This document shows, piece after piece, positions 55,327 through 64,000 of a stretch of DNA of 64,000 bases. The position numbers and the translations under genes were made by a program. Source of the stretch: Clostridia bacterium (GTDB taxonomy: Bacteria > Bacillota > Clostridia > Christensenellales > UBA1242); NCBI GenBank assembly GCA_900753315.1, contig CAADYP010000010.1, positions 1,267-65,266 on the forward strand, written 5' to 3'. The notes under the pieces were generated by a model that worked only from the letters and a program-made list of their open reading frames with translations, was not told the origin of the DNA and searched no databases. Within the stretch, counting starts at the first letter, position 1. Every line of letters starts with the position of its first letter.

Positions 55327-55631
55327 TTAAAATAATTAAAAAATCGACAAAAAATTAAAATAAAATATAAAAAACACAATTTTATTATTTTTTTTGATAA
55401 TTTTTTACATTTATTTTGTATTTTTTGACAGTTTTTATATCATTTTTTGATTATTAAAATAAAAATGCATATTCTTCCATAATTTACAGGTATATAAATT
55501 TTTTTAATTATAATTTTAAAATAAAAAATATAATTTTTTTGTATTTTCCATGATTTTTTATTCGCTTAAATATTAAAAAAAATATTAAAAATCAATTTTT
55601 ATTAAAAAATAATAATTAAATACATTTTTAA
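55327..55631. other. Extremely A+T-rich non-coding spacer between two convergent terminators
   Basis: About 300 bp made almost entirely of A/T tracts (about 90% A+T by eye) with recurring TTTTTTGATAATT / TTTTTGATTATT / ATATTAAAAA words. No ORF with an SD on either strand. Confidence 0.6.
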
Positions 55632-55663
55632 TAAAAAAATAGATAATTATTTCAATTATCTAT
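55632..55663 (-). terminator. Terminator of the MBL-fold hydrolase gene (overlaps its stop codon)
   Basis: Stem ATAGATAATT / AATTATCTAT (55639-63), followed on the minus strand by T6. Confidence 0.75.
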
Positions 55664-56267
55664 TCAAAAATCTCAACCACAAATTTATAACTTTATCTTG
55701 TGTTAATTTATCATTGTCTTGTCCATGTCCAGAGTGCATTGTTTTATAGTTTTGATTCAAAAGAAACTTCAAACTTTCTTTCATGTCTTCTTTATTTCCA
55801 CCGTGTAAATCCATTCTTCCCATATCTCGGCCAATCAACAAGTCGCCAACAAAAACATCTTCATCAACAAAAAATACCATATCGCTTTTGCTGTGTCCAC
55901 CAAGTTGTTTGTATCTAATATTGATTGCTCCCACATCAAACTTTCCACTTGCGCCAAGAAAAACAAAATGTGAAAAGTCATCAAATTTGAAAGCACCATC
56001 ACTATAATTATAATCGGCATTTTGAAGGTATTCGACAATAGACTTGCTGCAATAAACTTTACAATCAAATTCTTTTATATAGTCACCCACATAAAAACAA
56101 TGGTCATAATGTCCATGTGTCAACAAAATCGCTTTGACATTTTTGCCCGCAACATATTTTTTCAATTCTTCAAGTTTTGCTCCAGCATCAATAATTATGC
56201 AATCGTCACCATGGCTTACCACAAAAACATTACTGCCAAGAAATTCGCTTTCAATTCTCTCTATCAT
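55656..56267 (-). CDS. MBL-fold metallo-hydrolase
   Basis: LLTHGHYDHC (HxHxDH) and a later HSGHG. ATG at 56267 with GGAG 7 nt upstream. Confidence 0.8.
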   Translation of the reverse strand: MIERIESEFLGSNVFVVSHGDDCIIIDAGAKLEELKKYVAGKNVKAILLTHGHYDHCFYVGDYIKEFDCKVYCSKSIVEYLQNADYNYSDGAFKFDDFSHFVFLGASGKFDVGAINIRYKQLGGHSKSDMVFFVDEDVFVGDLLIGRDMGRMDLHGGNKEDMKESLKFLLNQNYKTMHSGHGQDNDKLTQDKVINLWLRFLNR

Positions 56268-56325
56268 TTTTATCTCCAAATTTGCAGTAATAGTATAGCA
56301 ATTAAATCTTTTTTAAGCAAATCAA

Positions 56326-56354
56326 TTGACATAAAAATCAAATTATAGTAAAAT
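56326..56354 (+). promoter_or_regulatory. Sigma-A promoter for tRNA-Trp
   Basis: TTGACA (56326-31), 17-nt spacer, TAAAAT (56349-54). Confidence 0.65.
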
Positions 56355-56374
56355 AAGAAAGCATTTAAAAGTTT

Positions 56375-56448
56375 AGGGGTGTAGTTCATCGGTAGAATGA
56401 GAGTCTCCAAAACTCCAGAGGAGGGTTCGATTCCTTCCACCCCTGCCA
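56375..56448 (+). tRNA. tRNA-Trp (anticodon CCA), CCA end encoded
   Basis: Acceptor AGGGGTG/CACCCCT, anticodon loop CT-CCA-AA, T arm GAGGG TTCGATT CCTTC, discriminator G plus CCA. 74 nt. Confidence 0.85.
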
Positions 56449-56456
56449 AAAATAAA

Positions 56457-56486
56457 AGATTGATGTTTTGTCATCAATCTTTTTTG
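56457..56486. terminator. Bidirectional terminator (tRNA-Trp / DUF378 gene)
   Basis: Stem AGATTGATG / CATCAATCT (56457-80), with A-rich sequence upstream and T6 downstream. Confidence 0.8.
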
Positions 56487-56493
56487 TTAAATT

Positions 56494-56748
56494 CTATTCA
56501 CCTTTTTGCTTGTTTTGTTGTTCCTTTTTATATTTACACCCAAGGTCAATCATACCTTTTGAAATTATTGGTGAAATAATAAGCCATATTGCAGCCAGAG
56601 CAATCAACACATATATCGCAATGCCCCAACCATTTCGATATCCGGCACATATAAAGGTCACCAAATCGAAATTGAAAATTCCGACAAGCCCCCAATTTAT
56701 TGCACCGATCAGCGTCAAAATCAAGGCAATATAATTTGCAATAATCAT
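56494..56748 (-). CDS. DUF378-family small membrane protein
   Basis: ALILTLIGAINWGLVGIFNFDLV... is the canonical DUF378 N-terminus. GAAGGAGGG SD. Confidence 0.75.
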   Translation of the reverse strand: MIIANYIALILTLIGAINWGLVGIFNFDLVTFICAGYRNGWGIAIYVLIALAAIWLIISPIISKGMIDLGCKYKKEQQNKQKGE

Positions 56749-56830
56749 AAAATTCCCTCCTTCTTGATATTATCATTCCAAAAAGAAAGAAAAATAAACA
56801 GCATTTTCACTGTTTATTTTTTTTCTTAAT

Positions 56831-57658
56831 TTATCTATAATATTGACCTATGTTTTTATCTCTCCAATCTTTGTCAACCTTGACAAAAAGTTTCAAAACA
56901 CACTTCTTTTCCAAAAGGTTTTCTACATATTCTCTGGTCTCTTGCCCCAACTTCTTCAAAACAGAACCACCTTTTCCAATAACAATACCTTTGTGCTGTT
57001 CTCTCTCACAAATTATATCCGCATCAATCAGGACCATGTCAGTTGTCTCTTCAAAATTGGTTATCTCCACAGCAATTCCATGTGGAATTTCTTTGTCAAT
57101 ATTGTTGAGCAAAAAGCCCCTAATCTTTTCTGCAATCAAAAATGAAATACTTTTATCTGTGTATAAATCCTCATCATAAATTTGTTGATTTTCAGGCAAA
57201 AGAGCGATAATTTGCCCCAATAATGTTTCAATATTCTTTCCATTTGCAATTGACACTTCAAGCCCTTTTGGTGGCAAAATTTCTTGTTTTTTATCTGCCT
57301 TTGTTTGCACCAAAATCAAATTGTCTGTTTTTGTTTTCAAATTTTCAATATACTGCAACTCTTCTTCTTCCAATGTTTTTGTTCCGTCAAACAAATAAAG
57401 CACAACATCTGCACCTGCAATCGCACTTCTTACATTTTTCATCATATATTTATCAAGTTGGTTTTTGCTATGATGAATTCCTGGTGTATCAATAAATATA
57501 ATTTGATAATCTTCCCCATTTTTGATGCCAAGAATAGAATTTCGAGTTGTTTGTCTTCTATGCGACACAATTGCAACTTCTTCACCAACTAAAAAATTTA
57601 CCAAACTACTTTTCCCTGCATTTGGTTGCCCCAAAACTGCAACATACCCGCATTTCAT
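56831..57658 (-). CDS. era: GTPase Era
   Basis: G1 GQPNAGKSSL, G2 QTTR, G3 DTPG, G4 TKAD, and a C-terminal KH domain (VIGKGGSVLKKLG). Its start overlaps the ybeY stop (ATGA). Confidence 0.9.
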   Translation of the reverse strand: MKCGYVAVLGQPNAGKSSLVNFLVGEEVAIVSHRRQTTRNSILGIKNGEDYQIIFIDTPGIHHSKNQLDKYMMKNVRSAIAGADVVLYLFDGTKTLEEEELQYIENLKTKTDNLILVQTKADKKQEILPPKGLEVSIANGKNIETLLGQIIALLPENQQIYDEDLYTDKSISFLIAEKIRGFLLNNIDKEIPHGIAVEITNFEETTDMVLIDADIICEREQHKGIVIGKGGSVLKKLGQETREYVENLLEKKCVLKLFVKVDKDWRDKNIGQYYR

Positions 57659-58119
57659 CTTTCAACTCCAAATTGTTTTAAAATTTTGTCAGCTGTGGAC
57701 ATCATCAACTTTTCATCTTCACTCTTAATGTGGTCATATCCCAACAAATGTAAAAGCCCATGTAATGCCAAAAAACAAATTTCTCTCTTTTTGCTGTGTT
57801 CATAATCTTTCGCCTGCTGATAAGCAACTTCTTTACAAATAACAACATCGCCCAAAAGGACAATTCCATTTTCATCACAATCGTTAGCAAATTTTTTAAG
57901 CTTATCATTTGGTTTTTTATCAAGGTTCGGAAAGGACAAAACATCTGTTGCTCTATCAATCCCTCTAAATTTTTGATTTAGCTCTCTTATTTCGTCTGCT
58001 GATACAAAATTTATTGACATATTTACATTGTCAAAATTTTCTTTTAAAACCTTTTCTGCAACACTATACAACTTTATTATTGTAGATTTGTAAGGTACAA
58101 TTTGCCCATCAACAATCAT
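57655..58119 (-). CDS. ybeY: Endoribonuclease YbeY
   Basis: The zinc motif HGLLHLLGYDH is present. Its start overlaps the yqfD stop. Confidence 0.9.
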   Translation of the reverse strand: MIVDGQIVPYKSTIIKLYSVAEKVLKENFDNVNMSINFVSADEIRELNQKFRGIDRATDVLSFPNLDKKPNDKLKKFANDCDENGIVLLGDVVICKEVAYQQAKDYEHSKKREICFLALHGLLHLLGYDHIKSEDEKLMMSTADKILKQFGVER

Positions 58120-59246
58120 GTTTTTATTTCTCCTATTTGTTCACTAGTAATAATACAATAATTCACAATCGTTTCTCCCGAAATGTGTCTTAATGTATAA
58201 AACTCTTCTATTATTGTATCACAATTTTTGCATTTTTCCAACGCTTTTGCTCGTGCTTTGTCAACATATTCTTCTTTTACATCGTCAAAATTGGTCTCAA
58301 TAAGATGCTCTTCCAGTTCATAATAAGTCGTTTTTTTCATCTTAAACGGCAGAAACAAATTCTGCACCAAATCAACATCTTTGCTTTCCGACTCAAACAT
58401 TTTAAAATCTTTGTCTTCCTTGAATGAATAAATCGACAAGCCAAACAAAGTGATTTCATTTTGTTGCATTGTACTGCCCGTTCTTTTGATTTCAACAAAC
58501 TTTTCAAAATGCTGTGCACTTCCTTCATTGTAAATTTTGGCATAAATTTGTGCTTTTGCTTCAACTTTCTTAAGATTACCAGATGTGTCAATAGTGTATG
58601 GTTCCACCAAAATATCGTCTTTTTGAACCATATCACCCACTTTAACCATAACCGTTCCAGAAACAAGTTCTATTTTTGTTATACACCCATCTGCACTGGC
58701 AACAAGCGGTTTAAATTCTCCATATTTTTCGCTAGGTAGCAATTTCTCCTTAATGTTAATTACCAATGTTTGCCCTTTAATTATACATGACACAAAGCTT
58801 ATTTCATTAAAGTTGTCAATAAGTCCAATTTCAACATCTTTGGTTTTTAACGAATTTTTGTTTTTCGTATAATTTTTCTTGACAAATTCCAAAATGGTCT
58901 GTTTTTCAAGTCTGGTTGTTCCTGAAATTTGATATTGCAAAATATATTGACTTTGCACCCCATAAAGTGCCCCAGACAAAACAATCGCAAAAATCAATCC
59001 ATAAGAAACCAACAATTTTTTCAATTTATAAAACCAACCAAAATGTGTGATACTTTCAATTTTTATGTTTTTTCCATTTAATGACTTCTCAACTCTTTTT
59101 GCATCAAAAAATGAACACTCAAAAGTAGCGTTTTGCTTGTCCAACCTATCAATTTCGTGTAAAGGGACATTTTTGCTTAATTCATTCAAAATCCTTTCTT
59201 GATTCAACCCGCAAATATGAAATTTTGTATAATTTTTAAATCTCAT
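58116..59246 (-). CDS. yqfD: Sporulation protein YqfD
   Basis: MRFKNYTKFHICGLNQERILNEL..., a central TM helix, and its position between yqfC and ybeY as in Bacillus. ATG at 59246 overlaps the yqfC TAA (TAATG). Confidence 0.65.
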   Translation of the reverse strand: MRFKNYTKFHICGLNQERILNELSKNVPLHEIDRLDKQNATFECSFFDAKRVEKSLNGKNIKIESITHFGWFYKLKKLLVSYGLIFAIVLSGALYGVQSQYILQYQISGTTRLEKQTILEFVKKNYTKNKNSLKTKDVEIGLIDNFNEISFVSCIIKGQTLVINIKEKLLPSEKYGEFKPLVASADGCITKIELVSGTVMVKVGDMVQKDDILVEPYTIDTSGNLKKVEAKAQIYAKIYNEGSAQHFEKFVEIKRTGSTMQQNEITLFGLSIYSFKEDKDFKMFESESKDVDLVQNLFLPFKMKKTTYYELEEHLIETNFDDVKEEYVDKARAKALEKCKNCDTIIEEFYTLRHISGETIVNYCIITSEQIGEIKT

Positions 59247-59509
59247 TATACCTGCTCTACCTTTTTGATTTCTCCGCAAATTTTTATAGTGTTCTCGTTT
59301 AATTCAGACAATATCAATCCCTTGCCTTCGACCATAATTACACCTTTTTTGACTTTGAAACTAACAATCTCTTTAGATAGTGTGATTAACCCCAAATGCC
59401 CCTCTGCATAAAGGATTTTGCCAGAAATATTAATTATATTAAAGCTTTCAAAGCCATAATTTTCTGGATTTTTCAAATTTTCTTTTATTTCATTCAAAAA
59501 ATTAAACAT
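59246..59509 (-). CDS. yqfC: Sporulation protein YqfC
   Basis: About 87 aa, ...NIINISGKILYAEGHLGLITLSKEIVSFKVKKGVIMVEGKGLILSELNENTIKICGEIKKVE, which fits the YabP/YqfC beta-barrel pattern. Located upstream of yqfD. Confidence 0.6.
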   Translation of the reverse strand: MFNFLNEIKENLKNPENYGFESFNIINISGKILYAEGHLGLITLSKEIVSFKVKKGVIMVEGKGLILSELNENTIKICGEIKKVEQV

Positions 59510-59594
59510 AGATGACACCCTTTTATCAAAATATTATATGCCCTTATGCCTTTTAAAAGAATAAAGAAAACAAACAAAAAAAGAGTAAACTTTT

Positions 59595-60248
59595 TTACTC
59601 TTCTTCGTTTTTTTCTCCCAAACATTCGCTCAAAACAACTTCTTGGACTTCTGGTGGCAAATCCTTTGTCATCTCCAAAATTTCTTCCTTTGATTTCCCC
59701 TTAAACACTGACAAATCAAAAGACACTGGTTTTATTTCTGTTTTATCTTCGTCTGTCTTGTTCTGTATATCTTCCAACTTGTCAAAATCATCTTCATCAA
59801 TATTGTTTTCACGCATAAATTCTTCAAAATCATCAAAATCAATAGTTGATTGCTCTGGCAAAGTATCTTTCTCACCATCAACTTCATCATCTTTGAAATC
59901 GTCAAAATCAAAAGGATTGACAAATGGTCGTTTTCTTATAGCCTTTAAGCCCGGTTTTTCTTCTTTCTTCTCTGGTTGAAGAGAAAAACTTTCAAGTTTA
60001 GGATCAACAACAGGCTCTGCACTCTCTTTGTTCTCTTCTTTTTTCTCTATCTTTTCATCAACAACTGGCTCTGCCTTTGTTTCCATAAAAATCTTGTTAC
60101 TCTCTTGCTGTGAAACATCATTCGTATTGTTTTTAACAAGATTTAACTCTTTAATTCTTTTCTCATGCTTTTTACGTGACAAAACAAAATACAAGACTAT
60201 GCTTGCACACACAACAATTATTGCCATAATATAAAGAGCAATTTGCAT
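59595..60248 (-). CDS. Single-pass membrane protein with a highly acidic D/E/K-rich tail
   Basis: MQIALYIMAIIVVCASIVLYFVL is a TM helix, followed by low complexity (EEFMRENNIDEDDFDKLEDIQNKTDEDK). GAGGAG SD. Confidence 0.5.
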   Translation of the reverse strand: MQIALYIMAIIVVCASIVLYFVLSRKKHEKRIKELNLVKNNTNDVSQQESNKIFMETKAEPVVDEKIEKKEENKESAEPVVDPKLESFSLQPEKKEEKPGLKAIRKRPFVNPFDFDDFKDDEVDGEKDTLPEQSTIDFDDFEEFMRENNIDEDDFDKLEDIQNKTDEDKTEIKPVSFDLSVFKGKSKEEILEMTKDLPPEVQEVVLSECLGEKNEEE

Positions 60249-60336
60249 GTTTCTCCTCAAAAATTTTTATGATTTTTTATATGATTATTATACCATAAAC
60301 GCACCAAATTGTCTAGATGCATTGCCGTTTTTTGAA

Positions 60337-60361
60337 TAAAAAAAGAGATATAATTATCTCT
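60337..60361 (-). terminator. Terminator after the 690-aa lipoprotein gene
   Basis: Stem AGAGATA / TATCTCT (60344-61), followed on the minus strand by a T-run. Confidence 0.65.
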
Positions 60362-60381
60362 TTTCTATCTTGTTTTAAAAA

Positions 60382-62442
60382 TTAAACATCTTCAACTGCA
60401 TATTGAATAAGTGCAACTTTGTAATTGTAGTTTATTCCTGAAGCACCTTTTACTTTGACAACATCAAAGTAAAGTTCCAAGAAATCGCACGCATCAGTCC
60501 CTGCATTTTGAACAGAGAATTTGCTTTCATCCAAAGTCCCATAAAAGCCATAACTTGAAGAAGGATTGAGTTTATAATATTCTCTAGCCTTATCAGTTCC
60601 GCTTATAAGTTTTGAAGCATAATTTGTTGTAATTTCTGTTCCAGACACAAATGGATTTATCACACTATTGCCAATATTGCTGTTAAACTTTGTTTTGATA
60701 GACAAATCTTTTGTAAGGGCAATGTCATATTGTCCTTGTTCCAATTCGCTGTAGCCAATATAAACCCAATTCACATCAGGATCCTCGCCACTGACTTCTC
60801 CGTTTTTCCCATACTTGACTTCAAGTTGTTTTTCGCCAGAACAAACGATTTCTCCTTGTCCACCATTTGCTGTCGAACTGAAGTATCTAAATCCAACATT
60901 GATTGTGATTGATTCTGCCATTGTTTTGCTTGAATCAGGATTTTCAAAATACTCAAATCCAATCCAAATGTCTGACAAAGGAATATTCAATTCAGTTTCT
61001 TGTGGATACAAAACCATACTTTGATATTCCGCTGCATCAATATATTTAAACATTTGGCTATCATCATTGTTTTCGTAGTTGGCAAAGAAATAATCACCTC
61101 TGTAATCAGTAATTTTTGACACTACATAAGGGCTGTCCAAACCAATAGTTTTCCCTGTTGTTCCGTCACCATTATCATAAGCGCTATCATACCCAATATG
61201 AGCTTCTCCACAAGCATAGTCAATGACATTTTCGATAATTTTGTCATAATTTCTATTTAATTTCAATTCTCCAGTTTTTACTGGTTGCGAAGCAACTCCA
61301 CTCTCTTCTGTATTTTCATACAATCCAATTGAAATTTGATTATATTCTTGCTTATATGCATTTTCACCTAAAACTACATCTTTCACAAATCTTTTGATTT
61401 GTTCTTTATTTTCTGCAGTAATTCCAATATATCCACCTTGGTCTTTATACAACGCTTTAACTCTACCAAGAGCATCTCCAATAGAAATTGGAGTATTCCC
61501 CCAGCCATTTACGGAAATACCAGAAATCAAACCATCTGCTCCGTAAGTCTTTGTGAATGTGAAAAGCGGAGCATCTTCGCTTGGTGTTTTGTTACCATCT
61601 TCCGAAACATTCACATAATCATACCCCAAAACAAACAAATATGTAACATATTCAAATGCATCCTGGAAATAGTTTACTACATCAATTTGAGCATCAGTCT
61701 TTCCTTCAACTTCTTTTTGATAATATGGAGATGACCAATAATTCGTAACATTTGTTCCTTCTTTCTTTGCTTCATTGTTTGAATCATAAATTTGCCCAAA
61801 TGAAGGAGAATAATTGTTAATTACTCCAGGCCTAGCAAACAAATCCAATAATGACATATCTGAAATAATAATTTCGCCAGATGTTGAATTATATGTAACT
61901 ATGCTATTGTAACTAGAAATCTCTTCTGTTAATTTTTCAAAAATATTTGAATAATTTCCCGCTTTATTTTCAATAGTCCAATTCCATTTTGAATTTGTAT
62001 CTATTATTATTGTCTGCCTAACCAAATCACCACTTTCGTTATTTGTGTTTGTGACACTTTTGATTGTATATCGCAATGAATCAAACAAATAAAATTTATT
62101 GTTTTCATCAGAAAAATTCTCATAAGTCTCACCATTGTTTATGTCAATATCTTTCAATAATTCATTCTTATTGAGATCGTATTCCATATTCTCATAAACA
62201 TTATAAAGGTTTTTCAATGTTTCTCTAGCAAACAAATTGTAATAATATTCAGATGCATAATCTCCAACAGCCTCAGAAAAACTATATGATGCAGGTTTAC
62301 TTAAAACCTTGACGCCATCAAGAGACTTTGGACTATCACCTCCAATTCCCCCCATACCGCCATCACAGCCGGCAAACAACATAAACATAAAACAAAATAT
62401 TATTGATAAAAATCTATATTTGCTTTTCTTCTTCATATTCAT
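60382..62442 (-). CDS. Large lipoprotein of unknown function (about 686 aa)
   Basis: Lipobox FMLFAG-C followed by a Gly-rich linker (DGGMGGIGGD). Y/N/D-rich mature part; no family recognised. Start at ATG 62442 or 62436. Confidence 0.55.
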   Translation of the reverse strand: MNMKKKSKYRFLSIIFCFMFMLFAGCDGGMGGIGGDSPKSLDGVKVLSKPASYSFSEAVGDYASEYYYNLFARETLKNLYNVYENMEYDLNKNELLKDIDINNGETYENFSDENNKFYLFDSLRYTIKSVTNTNNESGDLVRQTIIIDTNSKWNWTIENKAGNYSNIFEKLTEEISSYNSIVTYNSTSGEIIISDMSLLDLFARPGVINNYSPSFGQIYDSNNEAKKEGTNVTNYWSSPYYQKEVEGKTDAQIDVVNYFQDAFEYVTYLFVLGYDYVNVSEDGNKTPSEDAPLFTFTKTYGADGLISGISVNGWGNTPISIGDALGRVKALYKDQGGYIGITAENKEQIKRFVKDVVLGENAYKQEYNQISIGLYENTEESGVASQPVKTGELKLNRNYDKIIENVIDYACGEAHIGYDSAYDNGDGTTGKTIGLDSPYVVSKITDYRGDYFFANYENNDDSQMFKYIDAAEYQSMVLYPQETELNIPLSDIWIGFEYFENPDSSKTMAESITINVGFRYFSSTANGGQGEIVCSGEKQLEVKYGKNGEVSGEDPDVNWVYIGYSELEQGQYDIALTKDLSIKTKFNSNIGNSVINPFVSGTEITTNYASKLISGTDKAREYYKLNPSSSYGFYGTLDESKFSVQNAGTDACDFLELYFDVVKVKGASGINYNYKVALIQYAVEDV

Positions 62443-62497
62443 ATGATAACACAATCCTCTAAAAAAAACAATAAATTAAAGAAAAAGAAAGAGAATT

Positions 62498-64000
62498 TTA
62501 ATTTTCTCTTTCCTTATCTTCATAAAACATAACTTGTTTTGCCTGTGTTTTCTCTTGAGTTTTCGTTTCTGTATTATAGAGAAGTTCGTTATTTTTATCA
62601 ATATCAGTTCTATCAACATTATAAACTAAAAACCATCTATAATTTTTGTTATAAATGTTTTCTTTTTCATTTTCCACATTATTAGTAAGTGAAGATGCAA
62701 CATCAATATCTACAAATTCCAATTTCCCATTAACATCTAAAACATAATATTGTTTCCAACTTTTATAATAACCTAATGATAAACCAGCTACTGTATCTTT
62801 TACTGGAGTCTTAATTCCAAACAAAACTTTAGCATTGTTAAATTCTACAATTTGATCTCTGTAATCAGATACTGCTGTATCCTTACAACCTTTAGTTGCA
62901 ATCGTTTCAAGAATAATTGATGTCAATTTATCAAATTCTTCTTTATGTGCCGTTGCATAATCTTCATCAATAGTTGTATATTCAACTTTAACTTGATTTA
63001 ATTTTGAATCAAATTTAAACAATTTTGATGTTGTAAGTAAGAAATCTTTAAATTTGGCAATGCTATTATTTTCTGGATTTGAAACAAAACTTTTCCATTT
63101 CCCATTTTGATCATTGATAACAGACAAACATGTTGTTGTATCCACATTCTTATGAATTTCTGAATCAAGATGCATCAAAACACCAATTTTGAAATTGTCC
63201 TTTGTTGGATTGATGAATACAATATTGTCAACAATTATATCGTTCAAAACTGTGCAATTTTTATATACTTGATCAATCAATGTATTTCCATTTGGTGTAA
63301 TTTCCATAAATGCTTTTTGAATAGCATCAATATTAAATACATAGTTTCCATTTGCATCTATCGTATAAAGTGCAGTATCCACAACAGGGTCTGTTGGATC
63401 TATAGTTGGATCTGCATTATAAATATTGTCAGCTGTAGGAAGAGTCACACTTGTTTCGCCAATTCTTGAAACGCAACCATAATAGTCATCACCTACAAGC
63501 GTTCCACCTTCATCATCAAGATACAATGTCATCGCCTTGCCATTGACTGTGCCTTCAAAATAATTTTGAATTTCATTATAATCAGTCCACTCTGCACCTC
63601 TCAATGAATCCATGATAAGACTATTTACATCGAAACCAGTCGCATCATAGCGTCCCCATTTCCCAGTCTCTTTGTCATACACCAAATCGTATGCCTTGTC
63701 TCCACTGATATAATGATAGTCAGATATTCTTTCCTTATTATTTTTAATTTGAACTTTATCTCCATCAAAATAATAATTATAGTCTTTGTTTCCACTGCTA
63801 AAACTATAAGTATAGTTAGTCCCCATGTCATCCAACAATTTTACAACCTTTTCTGTTGGAATGATTTTAACAGGCGGATCCACTGGTGTTATTGGTGTAG
63901 GATCAATTGGTGTTGAGTCTGGTGGTGTTGGCGTAACTGGTGTTGTAATGCTTGAAGGTGGATCTTTTGTGTTTCCACAACCAGCCATAGTAAACACTGC
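62498..64000 (-). CDS. Large lipoprotein of unknown function, N-terminus beyond the window edge
   Basis: The frame stays open to the window end. ...FTMAG-C is a lipobox, followed by a Pro/Thr-rich linker (TTPVTPTPPDSTPIDPTPITPVDPP). No family recognised. Confidence 0.55.
   Translation of the reverse strand, partial: AVFTMAGCGNTKDPPSSITTPVTPTPPDSTPIDPTPITPVDPPVKIIPTEKVVKLLDDMGTNYTYSFSSGNKDYNYYFDGDKVQIKNNKERISDYHYISGDKAYDLVYDKETGKWGRYDATGFDVNSLIMDSLRGAEWTDYNEIQNYFEGTVNGKAMTLYLDDEGGTLVGDDYYGCVSRIGETSVTLPTADNIYNADPTIDPTDPVVDTALYTIDANGNYVFNIDAIQKAFMEITPNGNTLIDQVYKNCTVLNDIIVDNIVFINPTKDNFKIGVLMHLDSEIHKNVDTTTCLSVINDQNGKWKSFVSNPENNSIAKFKDFLLTTSKLFKFDSKLNQVKVEYTTIDEDYATAHKEEFDKLTSIILETIATKGCKDTAVSDYRDQIVEFNNAKVLFGIKTPVKDTVAGLSLGYYKSWKQYYVLDVNGKLEFVDIDVASSLTNNVENEKENIYNKNYRWFLVYNVDRTDIDKNNELLYNTETKTQEKTQAKQVMFYEDKEREN

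Noticed and set aside
55327-55631. A/T-rich spacer next to dnaB-dnaI considered as a replication origin/DUE or a dif site
   Set aside because: I found no TTATCCACA-type DnaA boxes in or beside it, and there is no dnaA or dnaN nearby. The only dif-like stretch (TTCTTCCATAATTTACAGGTATATAA) lacks the two inverted XerCD arms of the Firmicute or E. coli consensus.
1-64000. CRISPR arrays, IS elements, restriction-modification or other known defence modules
   Set aside because: I saw no regularly spaced direct repeats. No transposase, integrase, Cas, methyltransferase-nuclease pair or reverse transcriptase motifs appear in any ORF of the track. The only repeats seen are terminator hairpins and low-complexity A/T tracts.
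1-64000. Alternative genetic code (UGA = Trp, as in Mollicutes), given the low G+C content and many lipoproteins
   Set aside because: All conserved genes are full length under the standard code. TGA also serves as a genuine stop at the alr/rsmD junction (48164) and at the 94-aa ORF/protease junction (19466).

Overview
This is a 64-kb window from a low-G+C chromosome (about one third G+C by eye) of a Bacillota-type bacterium. It is roughly 90% coding, with most genes on the minus strand. The content is mostly housekeeping: greA, gpmI, parE-parC, murG, an mcsB-clpC stress module, tex, hpf, dinB, secD-secF-yajC, and thrS behind a Thr (ACC) T-box. It also holds truA, pyruvate:ferredoxin oxidoreductase, glmS, rsmD, alr, Bacillus-type dnaB-dnaI, ybeY-era, and two tRNAs (Lys-CUU, Trp-CCA), each with its own near-consensus sigma-A promoter. 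ytxC, yqfC and yqfD point to an endospore-forming lineage. Several genes encode lipoproteins or surface proteins, including a 1,615-aa GLUG-repeat protein. I saw no transposase, integrase, phage gene, CRISPR array, restriction system, toxin gene or recognisable defence gene, so this reads as core genome rather than an accessory island. I did not find a convincing novel multi-gene system. The best leads are: (1) an ORF below the track's size cutoff encoding a 51-aa 'mini-McsA' zinc ribbon, overlapping the tex stop codon upstream of mcsB-clpC, in a tightly packed run of genes with no ctsR; (2) an amidohydrolase-fold protein at the head of that run whose metal ligands appear substituted; (3) an orphan ABC-type ATPase that keeps only the P-loop; (4) a tandem-OB SSB-like protein without the acidic C-terminal tip; (5) ParC with a 150-aa low-complexity N-terminal extension; (6) a roughly 300-bp, about 90% A+T spacer between two convergent terminators; (7) a 24-aa hydrophobic micro-ORF with a good SD upstream of yajC. 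All family assignments come from motif recognition by eye and need profile searches to confirm.
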